This document shows positions 56,985 to 64,000 of a DNA stretch of 64,000 bases, piece after piece. Source of the stretch: Oceanispirochaeta sp. GTDB lineage: Bacteria; Spirochaetota; Spirochaetia; DSM-2461. The stretch spans positions 128,001 to 192,000 of the forward strand of contig CAXXXD010000004.1 in the NCBI GenBank assembly GCA_963663385.2. Reading direction: 5' to 3'. The number at the start of each line of letters is the position of its first letter. Position 1 is the first letter of the stretch. The notes beneath the pieces are model-generated. The model was not told where the DNA came from, did not search any database, and saw nothing but the letters and a program-made list of their open reading frames with translations. A program made the translations under genes and the position numbers.

Positions 56985-58589
56985 TTAACCATCCGCCATT
57001 CTGGCAAGCCTGAAACTGTAGGACGTACTGATTGAGGATGTTCCTACAAAAATTACATAACCGTTTCCTGCAGAGTAGGAAACAGAGTTGAAAGAGCCGC
57101 CTTTCAGTATCCGATCCGAGGTTGTCTCTCCATAGGACGCGGTAAATTCATAAGCATTTCCCCCCATATCATAGAGACCAAGAAGATTTTTGGTTTTCCC
57201 TTTGACCCTCTGTGTCGCACCTACAGAATTGTTGTACCAGGCAACCAGGTCCGTTGCGGTTGAATTGGAGGTTGTATCGGTTGCGCCGCTGGCATAATTG
57301 CCCGGATACCAGTACCTCCCGCTGCTGGCAGGGTATTCAACCGCTCCGTCCGCACTGTTCGCTCCCTTCCAGCGGGCGGCCAGTTCCCATTCGGGGGCGG
57401 TGGGCAGGCGGAACCCGTCCGAGGCGGCTTCTGTTGTCGGTGTCGTAACGCTTAAAGCGTTTCTCACAGGTGTTCCCCCATCTGTGTAAACACAGCTGTA
57501 AGTCGTATTCTGCCGGTCATTGTACCATTCGGTCAGGGCATTGCAGAAAATGACGGCATCTGCCCAGTAGACCCTTGTGACCGGTTTGGTTTCATCCCCA
57601 TTGGTGGAGGGGGCTGCATTGGCTATGCCGTCGCTTCCCTCTCTGCTGTCGGTGGTGCGGAATGTATAGGCCGGGGAGGCTGTATTTTCCGCCCAGTCCT
57701 TTACTGTATACCAGAGTTTGTAGGTCAGTTCCGTTTCGGCTATCCAGTAGGCACCGGTAACTGTTTCTTCTCCGTCCGGGTCGTCAATACCGGTATCCAG
57801 CAGATCGCCGTCGCCATTTCCATCTCCCGCATCATCCACTCCGGTGGGGAAAGCCAGTCCCCCCGGAACATAGACCAGGCTGAAACTGATCCCCGAGACT
57901 GAGAATATCTGCTGATCTCCGGGATCGTATACGTAATCGACCGTAACAGCGCAGGAGGCATTGTGACCACCGCTCACTGTCGTGACAGTTATCAGAGCGG
58001 TTCCTTCCGCCCCGGCTGTTACCAAGCCGTTTGAATTTACCGTAGCGACCGCTTCGTTGCTGCTGCTCCAGTTGACCGACTTGTCTGTGGCATCCGATGG
58101 GGACACTGTTGCCGTTAACTGCAGAGTTTCGCCGGCTCCTGTCAGGGTACTGGCGCTTTCATTCAATGTGACGCCCGTTACGGGGACTGCTTCTTCTTCT
58201 ACCGTAACATCGCAGGTTGCCGCATAGCCACCGTCGGTTGTGGTAACAGTAATCGTGGCTGTGCCTGTTGATTCCGCTGTTACCAAACCCTCTGAGTCGA
58301 CGGTTGTCACGGTCCCGTCGCTGCTGCTCCAGCTGACGGATGGATCTGTGGCTTCTGCCGGTGAAACTGTTGCTGTTAACTGAACTGTATTTCCGATTCC
58401 TGTTATTGTGAGTTCCGGAGTATTCAGAACCACTCCCGTAACACGGACTTCCGGGATTTCCTCTTCCTCGTAATTATCGGATTCGATTTTCTCTTCAATG
58501 AATTCAGTGACAGGGGAGTTTATCTCGCAGGACCAGAACAGACCGGACAGGAGAGACAGCAGTATAAGAATCTTTATTTCATCAGCCAT
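56985..58589 (-). CDS. Lipoprotein with two Ig-like (Big_2) repeats and a C-terminal FGE-sulfatase (SUMF1-like) domain
   Basis: LFWSC lipobox; 2x QLTATVSP..ATD..V.WSSS; FRLPTAPEWELAAR, NLLGLYDMGGN, GGSF...FRLAR. Confidence 0.85.
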   Translation of the reverse strand: MADEIKILILLSLLSGLFWSCEINSPVTEFIEEKIESDNYEEEEIPEVRVTGVVLNTPELTITGIGNTVQLTATVSPAEATDPSVSWSSSDGTVTTVDSEGLVTAESTGTATITVTTTDGGYAATCDVTVEEEAVPVTGVTLNESASTLTGAGETLQLTATVSPSDATDKSVNWSSSNEAVATVNSNGLVTAGAEGTALITVTTVSGGHNASCAVTVDYVYDPGDQQIFSVSGISFSLVYVPGGLAFPTGVDDAGDGNGDGDLLDTGIDDPDGEETVTGAYWIAETELTYKLWYTVKDWAENTASPAYTFRTTDSREGSDGIANAAPSTNGDETKPVTRVYWADAVIFCNALTEWYNDRQNTTYSCVYTDGGTPVRNALSVTTPTTEAASDGFRLPTAPEWELAARWKGANSADGAVEYPASSGRYWYPGNYASGATDTTSNSTATDLVAWYNNSVGATQRVKGKTKNLLGLYDMGGNAYEFTASYGETTSDRILKGGSFNSVSYSAGNGYVIFVGTSSISTSYSFRLARMADG

Positions 58590-60724
58590 TACTCGTCCTC
58601 CTCATCCCAGAGCACAATATCCTTCAGTCCTGTCGCGTCCGCTGCACGCTGGGACTCTTCGCCTCTCAGATCCAGATAGGCAAACCGCATGGCCAGATCG
58701 GGGTCCAGGGTTTTAAGAGCGGCATAACTGCTTTTAACGATTCCGTAATTTTCCAGCTCATGATTACACCGTGCCGAAGCCAGTAAGGCTGATTTGTTAT
58801 TACCGTTGATAAGCAGCGCTCTGTTGTAGAAGTCCAGAGCTGTAACATAGTTTTTAAGCACGAAGTAGATATTCCCGGCATTAATCAGGGCCGGAGGATA
58901 ACTATGCTCTGCGGCAATTGAATCGAAAATCTTCAGGGCTTTATCGTACAGTCCGTATCTGGCATAGAGAACGGCCAGGGAATTTTCCTGTTTATATGGG
59001 GTTTCGCTACTGGCAATCCGCTGTTGAATACGCGCCGCCTGAGGATAGATTTCCCGCTCTACATGCCTTTGGATACTGTTAAGAAAGGCGGTTTCCACCT
59101 CACTCCTGTCCGGAAGAAGCAGGTTTGAAGATCCTTCCCGGAATCCCACCGGCTGATAAGATCTCCATGCCTCTCTGGTCGGATAGATCCGGGCCTGTTT
59201 CCGGCTGTTGTGTTCCCTCCACTCTTTGGCGCCCGTATTCCATGCAGAATCGAATGTTTCCTGAAACATTGTAATTTCAACAGGAATCCAGACTTTGTCG
59301 GCCTGAAAGATCAGATTATCCGGTTGTGAGAAGCTCTTTCTGGCTTCATCGGGAGTCATTTCCAGAGCAAATGCGGCATAGATATGCCCGGGAACAGTTA
59401 TAACCGCCGTCTCTACCCCAATCGCTTCGAGAAGGGCCGTATACAAGGCAGAGAGGTCGTCGCAGTCTCCGTTTGTATACAGAAGGGTCTGTCTGGGAAA
59501 CTGAAGAAAATCTATGGATGTTACATCCTCCGAGTATTCAGTAAAGGGGGTGGACGGATCAATTTCATATCGTATTCCGTAGGCTTTGACGGCTTCGAAC
59601 AACGCAAGGCCCTTCTGGAAATTATCATCCACCGCAGGGTTTTTTATAGCCTGAATCCATGACATGACATTTTTGGCAAAACCAAGGATTTCCGGGTCCT
59701 TGGCCGTAATAAAGGAGGCTATTTTACGGTCATCATCCCAGGAAAGGGCATTCCTGTTATAGAACTCAACAACCGGATTGAGCTCTATGGAGGATGGGGT
59801 GTCATCCATCAGATAGGATATGGTTATCCTGGCAGAGGCTTTGGTCCCCTCTGTAATTTCCATCAGGTCTTCCGTAAAAAGTCCGAACAGGTCCACCTGC
59901 CTTTCTTCGCCGGGGTTTAACGAGAAGTTCTCACTGATGGCCATGGGATTATCCATATAGCGTTCGACAAAAAACTGTATGCTGATATTTTCTGCCGGGG
60001 TTTTGTCAGTATTGATAAGATTCAGGGAGCCGATCGGCATGGTATCGTAGTACTTGTACAGTACAGGGAAAATCGGATTAATTACCGTTTCCTCAACAAT
60101 AATCCCCTTACCCTTCTGCTTTAAAAGCTCGATACCAGGCTCCTCCTTTCGGGTTCTGACAGCCTTCTCCTGTTTCTGCACGGGGAATCCCACATCAAGG
60201 TAGATATCTATTCCAATTCCATTATACAGATTGAAATAGTAGTCATAGGATGGTCCTGCCCCAAGGGAAAACCGGTCATTCAACCTGATTAGAGCCGTCA
60301 GGCTCCCCCGCAGCATCAGGTCTCCTCCATTATTGTTCTCACCGCTCCAATCCATGGTATTCCATAGATAGTAACCGGCGCTGCCCTGAGCCAGAAGGGC
60401 GAGCTGCTGTGTAACCGGAACCTTAACGGCAGGTCCCCCGTATCCTGCCAGAACGCGTATGTAACCGGATGTCTCAACAGGCAGCAGGGCAACCCGGGCA
60501 CCGGCTCCTATACCCGGGAGGAGTGTTCTTTCGGGGATATAGGATGTGTTCGCATCAATAGCTCCGCCGAATTTGAAAAGATCACTGCTTGAACCGAGAG
60601 GCATAAGTCCGGAAGGGATAACCCTGGTTGAAAAAGTCCCTGCTTTTTCCGGCTCAGTGGTTTGGCTGTATAAATGGAAAACTGTAAATAGTGAAAGGAA
60701 TGATATAAATATTAGGAGTTTCAA
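58589..60724 (-). CDS. Secreted protein: beta-strand-rich N-terminus, transglutaminase-like core, C-terminal TPRs
   Basis: GDCDDLS...PGHIY...WIPVE; TPR-like LAVLYARYG / ALINAGNIYF; AAGGAGG SD before TTG. Confidence 0.75.
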   Translation of the reverse strand: MKLLIFISFLSLFTVFHLYSQTTEPEKAGTFSTRVIPSGLMPLGSSSDLFKFGGAIDANTSYIPERTLLPGIGAGARVALLPVETSGYIRVLAGYGGPAVKVPVTQQLALLAQGSAGYYLWNTMDWSGENNNGGDLMLRGSLTALIRLNDRFSLGAGPSYDYYFNLYNGIGIDIYLDVGFPVQKQEKAVRTRKEEPGIELLKQKGKGIIVEETVINPIFPVLYKYYDTMPIGSLNLINTDKTPAENISIQFFVERYMDNPMAISENFSLNPGEERQVDLFGLFTEDLMEITEGTKASARITISYLMDDTPSSIELNPVVEFYNRNALSWDDDRKIASFITAKDPEILGFAKNVMSWIQAIKNPAVDDNFQKGLALFEAVKAYGIRYEIDPSTPFTEYSEDVTSIDFLQFPRQTLLYTNGDCDDLSALYTALLEAIGVETAVITVPGHIYAAFALEMTPDEARKSFSQPDNLIFQADKVWIPVEITMFQETFDSAWNTGAKEWREHNSRKQARIYPTREAWRSYQPVGFREGSSNLLLPDRSEVETAFLNSIQRHVEREIYPQAARIQQRIASSETPYKQENSLAVLYARYGLYDKALKIFDSIAAEHSYPPALINAGNIYFVLKNYVTALDFYNRALLINGNNKSALLASARCNHELENYGIVKSSYAALKTLDPDLAMRFAYLDLRGEESQRAADATGLKDIVLWDEEDE

Positions 60725-60971
60725 GGTGTCCTCCTTATCTGTTAATTATAAGAGATAGAAAGTGATATTTAAAGGAATAGCTGACGGATCAGATAAAACA
60801 TTCCCGTATAAAAATACAGTAATCCAATTCAATCTTTTTCGATTTTAGTGCTATAATCAAAATCTCAGCAATTATGCTGCAAAAATCTATGGATTTAATT
60901 GCAATAAATTTACCTTTTACCGGATTTACCTCATTTTATGTTTTTGGTAGAAGGAAAAAACGGAGAGGATA

Positions 60972-61985
60972 ATGAAAAAGATACTGAGCCTGTTGATTCT
61001 GGTTGTTTTTCTTTTCAGCGCATGTGCCAAAAAAGAAGACGGAGAGACTGCCAAAAAGAAAACCTATAGCTTTAACTATGCCGTTTTTTTTCCGGCAACC
61101 CATCTGCAGGCTAAAACAGCAGAAGCCTGGGCTAAAGAAGTGGAAGCCCGTTCTGAAGGTCAGATTCAAATCACCATGTTCCCCGGAGGAACCCTTTCCA
61201 AGGCGGCGCAGACCTACGAAGCTGTCGTTTCGGGAGTTGCCGATATGGGAATGAGTGTCTTTGCCTATACCAGGGGACGCTTCCCCCTTCTGGAAGGCCT
61301 GGACCTTCCCGTCGGTTACCCCGATGGCGTAAGGGCGACGAAAATTGCCAATGATCTGGTTAAAAAATATCAGCCCGAAGAACTTTCCGATGTACATGTC
61401 CTTTATCTTCACGCCCATGGCCCCGGTATCCTGGCCAGTAAAAAAGAGATCAGATCCGGTTCCGATATAGCCTCGCTCAAGGTGAGAGCAACCGGGCTAT
61501 CCGCCAAAATAGTGGAAGCCCTGAAGGGAACTCCCGTTTCCATGAGCCAGGGAGATACTTATGAATCCCTGCAGAAAGGCGTTGTGGATGCCACCTTCTG
61601 TCCCGTCGAAACCCTCAAGGGCTGGAAGCAGGGTGAAGTGATTGATTATGTGGTGGATACCAAATCCATCGGATACACGACATCCATGTTTGTTGTCATG
61701 AACAAGGATAAGTGGAACGCCCTCCCCGAAGATCTTCAGAATATCCTGACTGAAGTCAGCGAAGAGTGGGTTTATAAACAGGGGGCGGCCTGGGATGAGA
61801 GCGACAAACAGGGGGAAGCCTTTGTTAAAGAGCTGGGTAAAGAATTTATCAGTCTGAGCGATTCAGACAATGCCGTACTGGTAGATGCCATGGCTCCGGT
61901 CTATGCCGAGTATGTTGCCGCTGCCAAAGAGAAAGGTCTCCCCGGAGAAGAATTCCTGAATGATCTCAGAGAGATGCTCAAGTGA
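60972..61985 (+). CDS. dctP: TRAP transporter substrate-binding lipoprotein
   Basis: FSAC lipobox; [24 protein letters not shown]. Confidence 0.9.
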   Translation: MKKILSLLILVVFLFSACAKKEDGETAKKKTYSFNYAVFFPATHLQAKTAEAWAKEVEARSEGQIQITMFPGGTLSKAAQTYEAVVSGVADMGMSVFAYTRGRFPLLEGLDLPVGYPDGVRATKIANDLVKKYQPEELSDVHVLYLHAHGPGILASKKEIRSGSDIASLKVRATGLSAKIVEALKGTPVSMSQGDTYESLQKGVVDATFCPVETLKGWKQGEVIDYVVDTKSIGYTTSMFVVMNKDKWNALPEDLQNILTEVSEEWVYKQGAAWDESDKQGEAFVKELGKEFISLSDSDNAVLVDAMAPVYAEYVAAAKEKGLPGEEFLNDLREMLK

Positions 61986-62464
61986 GATTCTTCGCCTCAG
62001 TCAGCCGTCTGATTATTCTGTTCGCCTATATGGCAGGGGGGGCAACCCTTCTGATGATGAGTGTGACCGTTCTGGATATTATCCTGAGGATTTTCGGTAT
62101 CGGGATAACCGGAGCCTACGATATGGTCAGAGCCTGCGGCGTTATTGCCGTTGCCTGCGCTCTGCCTTATGTTACCGCCACCAAAGGGCATATTGCTATT
62201 GAGTTCTTCTACCATAAATGCGGCAGAACAGGGCGTCTGGTTCTGGATCTGATATTCAGGGTTTCGGCTCTGGTCCTATTTGCCATTCTGACCTGGCAGA
62301 CCCTGCTTTACGGTGTTGCCCTGTTTGAAAGCGGGGAAGTCTTTCCCAATCTGGGGCTGCCTGTGTTCTGGATACCCTTTGTTATCAGTCTGAACTGCCT
62401 GCTTATGATGGTTGTTTTTGTTTACCATCTTATCCATCCCGGCAAGGAGTATATTAAAGCATGA
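61982..62464 (+). CDS. dctQ: TRAP transporter small permease
   Basis: DIILR...ITGAYD, GHIAIE; 4 TMs. Confidence 0.88.
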   Translation: MRFFASVSRLIILFAYMAGGATLLMMSVTVLDIILRIFGIGITGAYDMVRACGVIAVACALPYVTATKGHIAIEFFYHKCGRTGRLVLDLIFRVSALVLFAILTWQTLLYGVALFESGEVFPNLGLPVFWIPFVISLNCLLMMVVFVYHLIHPGKEYIKA

Positions 62465-63762
62465 GTCCTCTTCAAGTCGGAATCCTGGGATCCTTAATTC
62501 TGTTTACCCTGCTGTTTACCAGCATGCCCGTTGCCTTTGCCATGCTGGCTTCGGGGGTTATTGGTTTTGCCCTGATTGTCACCCCCCAGGCGGCATTCAG
62601 CATGGTTATCGCCGAGCTGTATGAAACTTTCAGCGCCTATAACCTCACTGTGATCCCCCTCTTTGTCATGATGGGACAGGTCTCTTTTCATGCGGGGATC
62701 AGCAGAAGACTGTTTCATACAACCTATGTATGGCTGGGGCATCTGAGAGGCGGACTGGCCATGGCTACTGTGGGAGCCTGTGCAGGTTTCGGGGCCATAT
62801 GCGGTTCCGGCCCTGCCACGGCGGCTACCATGGCTTCCGTGGCTCTTCCTGAAATGAAACGCTACGGTTATGCTGATTCCCTGGCTTCCGGATCTATTGC
62901 CGCCGGCGGCTCTCTGGGGATGCTGATTCCTCCCAGTGTGGTCTTTATTGTTTACGCCCTGATGACGGAGCAGTCCATCGGCAGCCTCTTTCTGGCGGGG
63001 ATTGTCCCCGGTCTGCTGATTGTCCTGCTGTTCTGCCTGAACATTTTTTTCCGGTGCAGCCGGGATGAAACCCTTGGTCCCGCCGGTCCGAAACATGGCT
63101 GGAAGGAGCGTTTTCTCTCTTTAAACGGGATTCTGGAAACACTCATTCTGTTTATTCTTGTAATGGGCGGTATGTTTCTCGGGTTCTTTACTCCCATTGA
63201 GGCGGCGGCTGTCGGAGCTGCCGGAAGTTTTCTGGTTGCGGGTGTACAGAGAAAGCTGAGTTTTGACAAACTCAAGCGTATTCTCCTTGAGACAGTCCGG
63301 ACCTCCTGCATGATCTTCTTTATCGTGGCCGGAGCGACGGTGTTCGGCCGGTTTCTGGCTATCTCCCGTATCCCTTTTGCCGTAGCCGAGGGGTTTATAT
63401 CCCTGCCTCTGCCCGGCGAAGTTGTGATGATGCTTATTATCCTCTTTTTTCTGGTGGCCGGCTGTTTTATCGATGCCCTGGCTCTGATGCTGCTGACTAT
63501 CCCGATCTTTTTTCCGGTTGTGCAGCAGCTGGGGTTTGATCCCGTCTGGTTCGGGGTTATTGTTGTTGTTATCACACAGATGGGTGTTATTACTCCCCCT
63601 GTGGGTGTTAATGTTTATGTGGTGAGCGGGATTGAGAGAGATATTCCTCTGCCCGTAATCTTTAAAGGGTCCCTGCCGTTTCTCTGGATGCTGGTTCTGG
63701 CGGCTCTGATCCTGATTGCCGTCCCGGAGCTCTGTCTGGTGCTGCCCCGTATTTTTCATTAA
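62461..63762 (+). CDS. dctM: TRAP transporter large permease
   Basis: IPLF, GAICGS, LIPPS, TPIEA, ITPPVG. Confidence 0.92.
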   Translation: MSPLQVGILGSLILFTLLFTSMPVAFAMLASGVIGFALIVTPQAAFSMVIAELYETFSAYNLTVIPLFVMMGQVSFHAGISRRLFHTTYVWLGHLRGGLAMATVGACAGFGAICGSGPATAATMASVALPEMKRYGYADSLASGSIAAGGSLGMLIPPSVVFIVYALMTEQSIGSLFLAGIVPGLLIVLLFCLNIFFRCSRDETLGPAGPKHGWKERFLSLNGILETLILFILVMGGMFLGFFTPIEAAAVGAAGSFLVAGVQRKLSFDKLKRILLETVRTSCMIFFIVAGATVFGRFLAISRIPFAVAEGFISLPLPGEVVMMLIILFFLVAGCFIDALALMLLTIPIFFPVVQQLGFDPVWFGVIVVVITQMGVITPPVGVNVYVVSGIERDIPLPVIFKGSLPFLWMLVLAALILIAVPELCLVLPRIFH

Positions 63763-63795
63763 TTAGGACCCGAAAATGTTTGAAGGAGGCCTTTG

Positions 63796-64000
63796 ATGCC
63801 GCATAAGAATCTGTTTAAAAAAATCATGTTCTGTACCGACTTTAACAGCGATGCCCTGAAGGCCTTTTACTATGCCCTGAATGTTGCCGAAGGAAACCCC
63901 GGGAGCGAGCTGATTATCTACCATGTGATACCCGAGCCGGAAGCCCAGTTCTGGAAATCCTACATCTACGAAGTGGATAATGTGGATGAAAAAGCGAGGC
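63796..64000 (+). CDS. Universal stress protein (runs off window end)
   Basis: AAGGAGG SD; MPHKNLFKKIMFCTDFNSDALKAFYYAL...IYHVIP. Confidence 0.75.
   Translation, partial: MPHKNLFKKIMFCTDFNSDALKAFYYALNVAEGNPGSELIIYHVIPEPEAQFWKSYIYEVDNVDEKAR

Noticed and set aside
56985..57120. Complete diversity-generating retroelement
   Set aside because: No reverse transcriptase or template repeat in the window; several codons in the putative variable region end in A/G.
57940..58450. Tandem DNA repeat or CRISPR-like array
   Set aside because: Explained by two coding Big_2 domains; no repeat-spacer periodicity anywhere in the window.

Overview
A gene-dense 64 kb bacterial chromosome segment, about 45-50% GC by eye. 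The lipoprotein signals, MCP style and TPR/FGE proteins suggest a free-living Spirochaetaceae-like anaerobe (inference). Transport and sensing genes dominate: APC-USP fusion, DAACS, sugar ABC, Na/Pi, two TRAP systems, PotABCD, CorA, MscS, CstA, two YesMN-type two-component systems, two paralogous hybrid kinases and an MCP. It also encodes purC, cobO/btuR, pcm, acuR-acuI and two fumarate-reductase-like flavoproteins. I saw no rRNA, tRNA, CRISPR array, IS or prophage. Strongest signals: (1) a structured leader with two compensatory base changes, present upstream of both the potABCD unit and a PLP-enzyme/DUF1611/epimerase operon (candidate new riboswitch or attenuator); (2) a cstA-small protein-ArsA/Get3 ATPase operon whose fourth gene resembles eukaryotic CCDC47; (3) a duplicated AcuR-type operator linking a lipoprotein flavo-reductase to acuI; (4) a 46-bp promoter block shared by the Na/Pi and TRAP genes near an SBP-kinase-regulator trio; (5) a TsoY-like membrane protein ending in C-A-A-TGA with a SECIS-compatible hairpin. 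All family calls are from motif recognition; no searches were run.
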